DNA of 64,000 nucleotides, taken from the NCBI GenBank assembly GCA_965222225.1, contig CBDCTK010000002.1:2528001-2592000 (forward strand), written 5' to 3'. Below, piece after piece: positions 1 through 9,572 of the stretch (position 1 is the first letter of the stretch; every line of letters starts with the position of its first letter). Source of the stretch: Candidatus Poribacteria bacterium (GTDB lineage: Bacteria > Poribacteria > WGA-4E > JAJDTR01). The notes under the pieces were generated by a model. It saw only the letters and a program-made list of their open reading frames with translations, searched no databases and was not told where the DNA came from. The position numbers and the translations under genes were made by a program.

Positions 1-2
1 CA

Positions 3-212
3 GATCGTTTTCGCGCCCTTCTGCAGAGGGAACTTGACTGCCGCGATACCGAATTTGCGGTCAATCTTTCGGCGGAATTGAGTGGGTACCGTAGGACCGG
101 CTCGGATGGAATGGTCTTGACCCGGGCGGAGGCGAGCCTGCTGGTGTATCGCCTTCTTGCGATTAGCAGTGCCACTCAGAGCGAAGATCGGCTTCTTCAA
201 GCTGACAGCTAG
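3..212 (+). CDS. 3' end of a gene running in from the window edge, with an SLH-like tail (LTRAEASLLVYRLL)
   Basis: Manual translation gives an open frame DRFRALLQRE...QADS ending at TAG 210-212. Confidence 0.45.
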   Translation, partial: DRFRALLQRELDCRDTEFAVNLSAELSGYRRTGSDGMVLTRAEASLLVYRLLAISSATQSEDRLLQADS

Positions 213-213
213 A

Positions 214-267
214 GATCTCTATCGCACTCACTATCCGTTCGCTTGATCGCTATTCACTCGCTTGATC
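214..267 (+). repeat. 35-bp micro-element plus the 3' half of a second copy
   Basis: GATCTCTATCGCACTCACTATCCGTTCGCTTGATC is identical to 5874-5908 and is followed by GCTATTCACTCGCTTGAT. Confidence 0.85.
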
Positions 268-384
268 TATTAGACGGTGGTATGCGCAAACTAACAGTTT
301 GCGCTACGAGGGCGTGTCAGATTTTATGGGAATTACAGGTGGTGGGTATGAGACTGCAAATACTATCAAGCACACAGAAGCTCA

Positions 385-1293
385 CTAACCATCTGTCGGT
401 ATCCCGGGCCAGTCTCGCCACATGTTCTCGCAAGGCGGCTCATCCAGCTTGTCCTTGAGGTCCTTTCTCACCAAATCCCCTAAAGCAGCTTTGCGAATCT
501 CGAGAGAATGGTTGGGCGGATTTCCCGCGTGTGCCAGTCTGTGATGAAAAAGAATAATGTCCCCTGCTTCCCCGGAGCATTCGGTGGCTGTTTGCTCCTT
601 GAGCATATCATGGTGTTTTTCGTAAGTGTCAGTCTTGTCTCGTCCAAACTGTGTTAGATGCTGATAATAGAAGACGCGGTGGCTCTTCGGAAAGATGGTA
701 AACCCGCCTCCGTTCGGGGGCACGTCATCTATAAATCCAACCACGCCCAAATGGAATTCATGACCGTCAGTATGGGGTTTGAGAGGTTCCACGGGGATAT
801 CGCGCTGGGGAAAGCGGCAATAGATGCCACGGGTACGAGATGGCACCGCAAGACTTCCTTTGCCTAGCAACTGTTCAGCCATCCCCCAGATGGATGCATC
901 CGTGAGAAGCATTCGCACCAAGAATTTTTCGGTGCCGAGTGTCCGATATCTCCAGCAAATGCCATCCACACCGGAATATTGATCGTTATGCGACGGTGGA
1001 TTGGGCAGCGCCCAACCGTCAAACAAATAGTCCGTCTCAGGCGATCTTGGGAGTTTTTTCCTGTCTTCAGGCGTTTGAATCGGGCCGCGCCATGTGTTCG
1101 GGTCGTTTCGGTCAATGCCGGGCGGCGGTTTGTCCCACAGTCTTTCGCGTGCCTGCGCCATCAGATTCTCGTCCATGACCTTGCGTTTGATAACATAACC
1201 TTCATCTCTAAAGAATCGGATTTCATCGGGCGTGAGTTTTACCATAGCGTCGTTGTATTCCATCCTTTCTCTCAAAATGTGTAAATAGGTCAT
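385..1293 (-). CDS. Phytanoyl-CoA dioxygenase (PhyH) family 2OG/Fe(II) oxygenase
   Basis: FFRDEGYVI, HTD, FTIFPKSH and GDIILFHHRLAH motifs. Start placed at MTYLH by alignment to the paralog (ORF track starts at 1380). Confidence 0.9.
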   Translation of the reverse strand: MTYLHILRERMEYNDAMVKLTPDEIRFFRDEGYVIKRKVMDENLMAQARERLWDKPPPGIDRNDPNTWRGPIQTPEDRKKLPRSPETDYLFDGWALPNPPSHNDQYSGVDGICWRYRTLGTEKFLVRMLLTDASIWGMAEQLLGKGSLAVPSRTRGIYCRFPQRDIPVEPLKPHTDGHEFHLGVVGFIDDVPPNGGGFTIFPKSHRVFYYQHLTQFGRDKTDTYEKHHDMLKEQTATECSGEAGDIILFHHRLAHAGNPPNHSLEIRKAALGDLVRKDLKDKLDEPPCENMWRDWPGIPTDG

Positions 1294-1392
1294 TTCGCCG
1301 GAAATTGGCCTTACACTTTTCTTGCGGCAAATACTCACGTTGTAGGTGATGCGCATGAGACCGCACATGCTATCAAGCACACGGCGTGCTCA

Positions 1393-2301
1393 TTATCCAT
1401 CTGTCGGTATCCCGGGCCAGTCTCGCCACATGTTCTCGCAAGGCGGCTCATCCAGCTTTTCCTTGAGTTCCTTTTTCACCAGATCCCCGATTATAGCTTT
1501 ACGAATTTCGCTAGACCAGTTAGGCGGGTTTCCCGCGTGTGCCAGTCTGTGATGAAAAAAAATGATGTCCCCTGCCTCCCCGCAGCATTCGGTGGCTGTT
1601 TGCTCCTTGAGCAAATCATAGTGTTTTTCGTAAGTATCAGCTTTGTCACGCCCATATTGCGTTAGATGATCATAATAGAAGACACGGTGGCTCTTGGGCC
1701 AGATGGTAAATCCACCACCGTTTGGGGGCACGTCATCTATAAAACCAAGTACACCTAAATGGAATTCATGACCATCAGTATGGGGTTTGAGAGGCTCCAC
1801 GGGAATGTCACGCTGGGGAATTCGACAATAGATACCACGGGTACGAGTTGGCACCGCAAGACATCCTTTGCCCAGCATCTGCTCAGCCATTCCCCAGATA
1901 GACGAATCCGTGAGAATCAACCGCACCAAGAAGTTTTCAGTGCCAAGTGTCCGATATTTCCAAGAAGTACCATCCACGGTGGAATATTCATCGTTATGTG
2001 ACGGTGGATTGGGCAGCGCCCAACCGTCAAATGAATAGTCCGTCTCAGGCGATCTTGGGAGTTTTTTCTTGTCTTTGGGCGCTTGAATCGGGCCGCGCCA
2101 CGTGTTCGGGTCGTTTCGGTCAATTCCGGGCGGCGGTTTATCCCACAGTCTTTCGCGTGCCTGCGCCATCAAATTCTCGTCCATGACCTTGTGTTTGATA
2201 ACATAGCCTTCATCTCTAAAGAATCGAATTTCATCGGGATTGAGTTTTACCATAACTTCGGTGTATTCCGTCCTTTCTTTCAAAGTGTGGAGACGATTCA
2301 A
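1393..2301 (-). CDS. PhyH family dioxygenase, tandem paralog of 385-1293
   Basis: Same motifs, collinear and highly similar sequence. Confidence 0.9.
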   Translation of the reverse strand: MNRLHTLKERTEYTEVMVKLNPDEIRFFRDEGYVIKHKVMDENLMAQARERLWDKPPPGIDRNDPNTWRGPIQAPKDKKKLPRSPETDYSFDGWALPNPPSHNDEYSTVDGTSWKYRTLGTENFLVRLILTDSSIWGMAEQMLGKGCLAVPTRTRGIYCRIPQRDIPVEPLKPHTDGHEFHLGVLGFIDDVPPNGGGFTIWPKSHRVFYYDHLTQYGRDKADTYEKHYDLLKEQTATECCGEAGDIIFFHHRLAHAGNPPNWSSEIRKAIIGDLVKKELKEKLDEPPCENMWRDWPGIPTDG

Positions 2302-2436
2302 TTCGCCGGAAAATTGGCTTATACTTTTCAGGTAACTGTTTAGTCCATCGGTCTGGATTTGTCAATCCAGACCGAGCGGGCAGGGAACGCGCCGAGTAGA
2401 GTAGCACAACGCTAATCCCGACGAATCATGAGCTTA

Positions 2437-2702
2437 TACCATTTCTCTAGAATGTAGGCGCATTGATTACATGGATCCAGTAAAGATACTTGCGTGGAGC
2501 GGAATAATAAGACTTGTCTCCGCGCAAAGTCGGCGGGGCAAAGGGATCTCTATCGATCAACTGAGCGGATAGCGAAGGCGATAGCAAATCCTGCTCATTA
2601 TTCATTCGCTTGATCGCTATTTGCTCTCTTGATCCCCGCCTACGGAGAAAGTGAACGATAAAATTCAGACGTCATATGCACCATTATTCTAGCGAAATGG
2701 TA
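2437..2702. mobile_element. MITE with TACCATTTC terminal inverted repeats, carrying a REP hairpin with nested micro-elements
   Basis: Left end TACCATTTCTCTAGAATGTAGGCGCAT; reverse complement of right end TACCATTTCGCTAGAATAATGGTGCAT. Confidence 0.75.
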
Positions 2703-2710
2703 TTACTAAT

Positions 2711-3556
2711 CTACTCCAAGAAAATCCCGTGTTCTTCGAGCCAGACTTTCAGCGGTACATCCTTATCTTTCCCTGAAAAATGACCGCCCGCTCTCGTCGC
2801 CCTGCCCAGCAGTTGTCGACGGATTGGGTCACATTTGTTGAAAATCTCTGGTGGAATTGTGATGTTATCCATAGAACGCAGCCACCGATAAGCGTATCCA
2901 ATGAAGAGCCCTTTCCGCGTAATCTCCGACTCGTTGCTGTTACGGCAATGCCAGAGCCGCCCATCAAAGAAGACCGCATCGCCGGGTTTGCAACAGACAG
3001 CCATCGCACCTTCGGGAAGGGAGCCGTCGCCGGGATTATCGATCGTCTTACAGAGGTGGCTACCGGGAATAATATAGAAATTGCCCCGCCCCGGTTCCGA
3101 GCAATCAGACAGCCAGTAGACAATTTTAAATGCCAATCGCGGCGAGGGATGGATTTGCATGTCTATGTTGACGCGCCCGCTGTCCTGATGCCAGCGAAGC
3201 AGCCCGGATTCGTCGAGCTCCGCCGGACTCCCTGGCGGCGTCACGATTAAGTGGGAGTGATACGAGTAGACGTTCCATCCGAGAATTCCCCAAACTTTCG
3301 GGAAGGTCCTGTACCAATCCAACAGGTTGACAAAGAGCTCGTCCCTGCCGAGGAAATCGCGATAGAAAAAATTCGTGTGCCGCGCCGTCGGGCCTTTTTC
3401 ATCCAGATGTTCTTGATGAATTTTATCGACGGGAGCTTCGAGTTCCGTCACAAGACTATGCGGAAGCGCGTTCTCAACGATGAGATAACCTTGTTCATTG
3501 AACTGTTGAAGCTGTTCGTCGGTTATCAAATGCTGAAGGTGGCGGTTATCAAGCAT
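2711..3556 (-). CDS. PhyH family dioxygenase
   Basis: QFNEQGYLIV, WHQD, IPGSH, PGDAVFFDGRLWH. Confidence 0.92.
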   Translation of the reverse strand: MLDNRHLQHLITDEQLQQFNEQGYLIVENALPHSLVTELEAPVDKIHQEHLDEKGPTARHTNFFYRDFLGRDELFVNLLDWYRTFPKVWGILGWNVYSYHSHLIVTPPGSPAELDESGLLRWHQDSGRVNIDMQIHPSPRLAFKIVYWLSDCSEPGRGNFYIIPGSHLCKTIDNPGDGSLPEGAMAVCCKPGDAVFFDGRLWHCRNSNESEITRKGLFIGYAYRWLRSMDNITIPPEIFNKCDPIRRQLLGRATRAGGHFSGKDKDVPLKVWLEEHGIFLE

Positions 3557-3712
3557 TCTGCTCCTCTTTAATCTGATAGCGATCTTTCAGTAAATCCGAA
3601 AATCTGTAGAATCGGACATTTCAACGATGGCCCGTTTCTGCTTCCCTTCGCTTGGCGAAAAATTGCAAAAAGGGTGAGTAAGTGAAAGGGGGCTCCGGTG
3701 AGTCGGTATTTA

Positions 3713-3786
3713 CTCCCTTTCTCTCGATATGGAATCGGGGGGATTAACCAACGGGCGAACGGCGATGGGCGGTGTGGTTTTTACTA
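3713..3786 (-). repeat. ~75-bp dispersed repeat (5'UTR/SD-like module), copy of 50325-50396
   Basis: TCCCTTTCTCTCGATATGGAAT...GGCGATGGGCGGTGTGGTTTTTACTA at both loci. Confidence 0.8.
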
Positions 3787-3893
3787 TTTAAAAGATAACC
3801 CGGAGTTCCACAGCCCCATTGAAAAGTGTCTATCAATTTAGGCGAGAAAGCTGGTTTACCAGCGTATTCACATTTGAGTGCGATATTGTCGAA

Positions 3894-5060
3894 TTAATCC
3901 CAAAACGGCACAAGCCACTCTTCCTCAATCTCTAATCCGAAGCCGGGACCATCATTCGGCGTAATGTAACTATCTTCAGGAATGGATTCACCTTCAATTG
4001 ATTTTGCTTCTTCCATAGGCACACCCGGGGCAGATGGGAGGAAGTATTCTACCCAGGGTGTATTGGGCATTGCCGCCGAGAGATGGAGTCCATATTGGTT
4101 TCCGCCGCCGCCGTGAAAGATGACGGTGAGTCCGGCAGCATCTGCCATGTGACAAATTTTGACGCATTCCGTGATGCCCCCGACCCAGAAAATATCCGGC
4201 TGAATGATATCCAGACACCCTTTCTCGATTATCTGTTTGAAAGGCCAACGGGTATATAGGTGCTCCCCTCCAGCGAGAGAAACCCAGTTCACAGCGTTGC
4301 GAACCCTGACGTGTCCATTGATATCTTCGGGGATTAGAAATTCCTCAATCCACTTCAGTCGATACGGTTTGAGTCGCTGTGCCAAGCGGATTGTGTAATC
4401 GACGTCAAAAGCCATGTAGCAATCCAACATAATCTCGACATCGTCGCCGACCAACTCCCGTGTTTTAGCAACAAGCTTTTCATTCTCCTTCAGCCCCCAA
4501 AGCCCATCCACAGGCCCATAAGGACACGCTAGCTTCACCGCTTTGAAACCGAGTTCGATCTGCCAATCTGTGTCGTTGCCTGTTGTGTATGCAAAGAGTT
4601 TGTCACGAACAGGGCCGCCCAATAGCTCATAGACTGGTTGGTTCTTGATTTTGCCGATGAGATCCCACAAGGCGAGGTCAACGCCGCTCATCGCACAACT
4701 GGTTAGGCCGAGTGAGCCGTAGGGCTTCGACAATCGGAACATCATATCCCAGATCCTTTCAACTGCAAAACAGTCTTCACTCACCAGCATCCGGGCAAAG
4801 TGGTCATCAATAATCGCAGCCACAGGTCTGCCGTACGAAGTTTGGCCAAGTCCCCAGGTGCCATCCTCGGCTGTGACTTTCACGAAGAGGTTTTCCCATT
4901 TCGGCATCCAACTGGAGCGGTAACGTTTGTACCTGGGATATTTGGACATCGGGTTGGCAACCTCAGAATATTCTGTCCAGGATGGACGCCGCTGGGGTGT
5001 GCGTTTCCCTGTTCGGGGAGGCATATTCAACTTAACAGCTTTTATCTCTTTAATTTTCAT
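3894..5060 (-). CDS. rhmD: L-rhamnonate dehydratase-like enzyme (mandelate racemase/enolase superfamily)
   Basis: VANPMSKYPRYK..RSSW N-terminus, KLACPYGP, MLDCYM, WIEE and GEH motifs. Confidence 0.75.
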   Translation of the reverse strand: MKIKEIKAVKLNMPPRTGKRTPQRRPSWTEYSEVANPMSKYPRYKRYRSSWMPKWENLFVKVTAEDGTWGLGQTSYGRPVAAIIDDHFARMLVSEDCFAVERIWDMMFRLSKPYGSLGLTSCAMSGVDLALWDLIGKIKNQPVYELLGGPVRDKLFAYTTGNDTDWQIELGFKAVKLACPYGPVDGLWGLKENEKLVAKTRELVGDDVEIMLDCYMAFDVDYTIRLAQRLKPYRLKWIEEFLIPEDINGHVRVRNAVNWVSLAGGEHLYTRWPFKQIIEKGCLDIIQPDIFWVGGITECVKICHMADAAGLTVIFHGGGGNQYGLHLSAAMPNTPWVEYFLPSAPGVPMEEAKSIEGESIPEDSYITPNDGPGFGLEIEEEWLVPFWD

Positions 5061-5099
5061 CGTAAGTGTTTAGTCGCCTGTAATTAGTGGTTATTAAAA

Positions 5100-5645
5100 C
5101 CCGCGCAGCACACGAACCGGCAGTGAATCGCCGAACTATAGCAAGACGTACAATGAATTGCACTACAACGAACCTCAAAGGAATGATGATTACCCTGCAT
5201 TCGCCCTAGGTTCTGTTGACATTTCATCGCAACCAGATAGTCGAAGGGTGTGAACCACGCATGGTCCTCCGTAGGGGTTGGGTTTCCCAACCCTTTGGTC
5301 ACACATCGGAGACCATTGCGGACTTCTGTAGGTCGATTTTCATGAAGATTAAGTATTTAAATCGGTAATTCCAGTTTTCCCTAAACTCGGTAGGTGCGGT
5401 TTCCTAACCGCACCGAGCATCGTTAGGACATTACCGAATTATTCTTTTAAGCTTCATCCAAATCGACATTAGAGTGTCGAGATCTGAATCTCGACCTACA
5501 ATCTGACCAGACTCATATGGTTTCGTTCTTCCAACCCACGTTGGGCAACGGGCGAGGGGGGATCACTATCGATCAACCGACTGGATAAGGAGGACGATAG
5601 AGAATCCTATTCGCTATTCGCTCACTTGATCCTCGGCCCTACGAT
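5100..5645. repeat. Cluster of GTAG-type REP hairpins with a nested small MITE (5342-5458) and micro-elements
   Basis: GTAGGGGTTGGGTTTCCCAACCC, GTAGGTGCGGTTTCCTAACCGCACC and GTCGAGATCTGAATCTCGACCTAC. The ATGAAG...CTTCAT inverted ends split GTAGGTCGATTT/AAATCGAC. Confidence 0.7.
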
Positions 5646-5873
5646 TGGACACACACTTCACATAAATGTCAACAGAACCTAGAATCAATAGACGAGGATT
5701 TACGCAAAAAGTGAACAAGGATGATTTTGGCAGTAATTTCATGTTGCGAGGCTCATGTAGGGAATAACGATTGTTATTCCCTACGGCCGCTTTGAGCAAT
5801 CTTCAATTATCAAACCGAAGATGGAATCCTCCAACTGCGTGCGTCCTATAGACTAAACAGTTACCATATTGAA

Positions 5874-6080
5874 GATCTCTATCGCACTCACTATCCGTTC
5901 GCTTGATCGTAGCAAGAGGGGAAATCGGGGATTTGATGATCTCCGATTGCACCCTACGAAAAATGGTGGGCAGTGCCCACCCTACAGGATTGTGCAAGAA
6001 AGAAACCGAGTTTTCAAGAAAGAAGAGATTTTTATCAGAACCTTCTATCGCGCTCGTTGTCTACTCGCTTGATCCCTACA
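5874..6080 (+). repeat. Two micro-element copies (5874-5908, 6038-6073) and a REP hairpin GGTGGGCAGTGCCCACCCTAC
   Basis: Direct match to the micro-element consensus; the REP also occurs at about 61074. Confidence 0.75.
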
Positions 6081-6221
6081 AATGTACAAAGCCGATCTGA
6101 TTATCTCCCTGAGTCGAATAACTGGCCTAGCTGCCACGAGTCTCGTAAGTCAATTGATGGGTGGGTCGCGATTGTATTTATCATACCATAGTCGTGCACA
6201 ACCTTCCAAGTCGTGTATATC

Positions 6222-6468
6222 AACCTGAGGTCAGCCCTTATTTTGCCCGAAATTCGTGGTGGCGTCAAGTGGAAGATGTGGTTTTGTAGGACTCCTGCAA
6301 TGTCGATTTTGGCTGTCAGCTACTCGATTGCCATATTCCCGTTGGATACGCTAAGGACAGGACTTTTCGGCGATAGAGTTATAGCTCTACGGGAAATGCC
6401 AGCGGGACGGAAAACACGAGATTGCTGTTGTTCCAAAAGTGAAAAACGGGTAAAATAGCTCACGGATA
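6222..6468 (-). repeat. ~245-bp dispersed repeat, probably a mobile-element end carrying a promoter; copy at 50398-50644
   Basis: Collinear high-identity match. TTGACG-N17-CAAAAT on the minus strand at 6240-6268. Confidence 0.85.
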
Positions 6469-6690
6469 TGGGGATGGTTCATATTTCGCCTGAATTTAGT
6501 ACAATTTTCAAAACCGCTAAAAATCACTAAAAATCAGACGGTTGTCTCAAATGGGACAGGTGAGTGGTAGAGTGGTGAGTGGTTGTGCCAGTTCCCACCA
6601 CTCACCATTCACCACTCACAGCAACGGCATTGAGGTGTTGCGAATTTCAGAATTTCAATCGACCGCGCATGTCCGCTTCGTTTTTCTATC

Positions 6691-7539
6691 ATGAACCGAT
6701 TATCACCCGAAGAAATCAGCTTCTTTAAACGCGAGGGATGCCTCATCAAAAAAGGCGTGCTCGATCCCGACCTGATGGCGCGCGCCCGCAAGTGCAAATG
6801 GGCTGGAGCGCCGGATCGGATGAAGCCTGACGACCCGACTACCTGGATCGGCCCCTGGCGCCCAGATGAGGAAACACCCGAAGCGGAGGACAACTGCAGG
6901 GTCGGGCACTACTGGCAATACCGCGAACCGGCGCACGAGGAGTGGCTAGTACGGATGACGGTGGCGAACCCCATAATCGTTGGTTGGGCTGAACAGCTTC
7001 TCGGGGAAGGCACGTTCGACGTGCGGGACGGCGTTCGCGGCATCTACTGCCTGTTGCCGAAGGGTGGCACTCCGGACAACCCTGGTGTGAGCCAGAAGCT
7101 AGTTTGCCACTGCGACGTCAATCCCGACAAGTTACACAAGACACCCTTCCAAAGGCTTCTGAAGGCCGGTGTCGGCGCCGTCGGACTGATTGCGCCCATT
7201 CCGCCCAATGGGGGAGCATTTACGGTGTGGCCGGGAACACATAAGATTATTTACGACCTGATGATCAGAACCGAAGGCCTCGCCCGCAACGAGGCCTACA
7301 AGCAGCGGATCATCGACTTCAACAGCGACCGCCATGTCGATGGTTGGGGTGACGCGGGCGACGTTCTCCTGTGGCACCGCATGCTGGCTCACACCGCCGG
7401 TTCGAACCGCTCCGAAAAATTGCAATTGAGGGAAGCGGTGCTCTTCGATTACCCGCAGCCGGAGGCCGAGAAGCCGAAGGCATCCTACGAAGACATGTGG
7501 GAGGACTGGTCGGATGAGGTGCGCGCGACAGCCGGGTGA
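6691..7539 (+). CDS. PhyH family dioxygenase
   Basis: FFKREGCLI, HCD, FTVWPGTH, GDVLLWHRMLAH. Confidence 0.88.
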   Translation: MNRLSPEEISFFKREGCLIKKGVLDPDLMARARKCKWAGAPDRMKPDDPTTWIGPWRPDEETPEAEDNCRVGHYWQYREPAHEEWLVRMTVANPIIVGWAEQLLGEGTFDVRDGVRGIYCLLPKGGTPDNPGVSQKLVCHCDVNPDKLHKTPFQRLLKAGVGAVGLIAPIPPNGGAFTVWPGTHKIIYDLMIRTEGLARNEAYKQRIIDFNSDRHVDGWGDAGDVLLWHRMLAHTAGSNRSEKLQLREAVLFDYPQPEAEKPKASYEDMWEDWSDEVRATAG

Positions 7540-7685
7540 CCGGAGAAAAGAGGAGCGAGTCTTTCGGTTAACTTTGCCATGCCTTGCCAATATCTGCCAA
7601 GATGTCCATCTTCATTGAAGGCATCCGGTGGTAAGGGCGATCCTTCGTCGCTTGTAAGGGCCGTGCAACTCTGAAGATAAGACAT

Positions 7686-9541
7686 ATGAAACAACCATCA
7701 GCAGTTTCGTTGGGTAGTATCCTTGCTATACTGCTCCTGTACTTGCCGTGTTATGTTCAGGCGCGGGATTTCTATGTCAGCAATGACGGGCTTGACAAGA
7801 ACGCCGGTACTCGGGAGGAACCTTTTCGCACGCTGGCTCGTGCAGCCTTGCACGCGGAGGGTGGTGACACAGTAATCCTTCGAGGGGGCATCTACCGCGA
7901 AACTCTCACCGTTCGCCATTCTGGAACGGACACCAAGCCCCTGACATTCATGGCAGCGAAGGGGGAGAAGGTGGTCATCAGCGGCGCTGATCTTGCCGAG
8001 GACTGGAGAGCCTACAAGGGCAGCATTCTCCAAGCGAAGATCTCCAAAGCACTAGAGCAGGGCTTCAACCAGGTGTTTCTCGATGGAAGGATGATGCACC
8101 GGGCTCGTTTCCCGAACGAACAGAGCCAGGATTTGCACCGCCCCACGCTCGTCACCATGAAGGCAGACGACAGCCGTATCACGTCGCCGCTCCTCACCCA
8201 ACCCGACGGTTTTTGGAACGGCGGTTTTGTTGTTGGCGGATTCGGCCATCGCTGGGTCTTCCAGTGCGCGAGAATCAACGACTACAAGGCGGGTACGCTG
8301 CACTTAACGAAGCAAAATGGTCCGTGGTTCAACGGATCCGGCGATGGCTACGTGAGTGGCGTGCTCGGTGCCTTGGACACACCGAGGGAATGGCACATCG
8401 AAGACGGAGTCCTGTATCTCTGGCCCCCGAACGGCGTGGACCTCACGACGGCTGTCGTCGAGGTGAAGCAGCGCACTGTATGCATCGATTTCAACGCACA
8501 GTCCCATGTGGTGGTCAAGGGAATGGACGTTACTGCAGGAACCGTTCGTCTAGTTGGCCACTCATGCACGCTTGAGAACAGCCGCGCGAGTTATGCGAGC
8601 CACTTCACCTATTTCCCGTGTCCGGGTACGAGGCTGACGGAGGTGCCCAAGACGGTCACAATGGCATCCTCATTGAAGGAGACGACAACGTCGTACGAGG
8701 ATGTACCATTCAGTACTCGGCAGGTTCGGGTATCGTTATCAAGGGCGCAAGGAACCTGGTCACGCGTTGTGTAATCAGTGACATCGACTACTCCGGGACT
8801 CTCTCCTGCCCGATCTCGCTGGCGAAGGCGCCGGGGATGGTCACCGGCAAGAACCGGATCTGGTTCAACACCATACGCCGCACCGGGCGCGACTGTATTC
8901 AATTGTACGGGGATTCGGCTGACGACATTCGCTACAACGACATCTCTGATTCCGGACTGATGTGTAAGGATCTCGGGCTGGTTTCTGTGTATGGACGAGA
9001 TGGGCAGGGCACGCGCATCGCATACAATTGGGTTCACGACAACTGGAGCAAGGGTCCCAACCCCGGCATCTACTTCGACAACTACTGTCGGAACTTTGTC
9101 TTGGATCACAACGTGATATGGAATTGTGGAGCCGGGATACGGGTGAATGGCCCGGCCAAGGGCCACAGACTGTACAACAACACGCTGTTCAACTGCCGTG
9201 ATGTCGGAACCCGCCCCTACAACCAGTGGCCCAACCATACGCCTGGTTACTGGACCGGCGGCGGTTATGGGAATATCTACCGATATACCAAAATCAACAA
9301 TCTATTTCTGAGTACGAGACCGGCTGCACAACTTGAGGATTTTGCGAACAAGAATTTCAGCCTCAAGACCAGTGCCCCAGCCATTGATTCCGGAAAGCCG
9401 GTCACCGGGATTACGGATGGCTTCCTCGGGGAGGCACCTGACCTGGGAGCATATGAATCTGGTGGAGCGAGGCGGGTCCCGGGCGTGCGTGGACGAGCCG
9501 AACAAGGCGCTGCAGCGCACGCGGACGAACCGCCCCGCTGA
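7686..9541 (+). pseudogene. Secreted right-handed beta-helix (pectate lyase-like/DUF1565) protein split by one frameshift near 8615
   Basis: Signal peptide and FYVSNDGLD..GTREEPFRT...GDTVILRGGIYRE. Continues in ORF 8618-9541 with beta-helix repeats and PDLGAYE. The frameshift could be a sequencing error. Confidence 0.8.
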
Positions 9542-9556
9542 GCTTCACCGTTCGGT
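9497..9556 (+). other. Integron attC-like site
   Basis: GCCGAAC-AAGGCGCTGCAGCG...CCGCTGAGCTT-CACC-GTTCGGT; 60-bp imperfect palindrome with R'' and R' boxes. Confidence 0.7.
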
Positions 9557-9572
9557 GCTGAAGAAGACAAAC

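Noticed and set aside
214-6073. Micro-element copies as a CRISPR array
   Set aside because: Although about 36 bp long, the copies are dispersed, nested and not regularly spaced, and no cas genes are present.
9333-9572. N-terminal extension of the sulfatase ORF
   Set aside because: It overlaps the upstream gene and the attC; the family start is MQKPNII.
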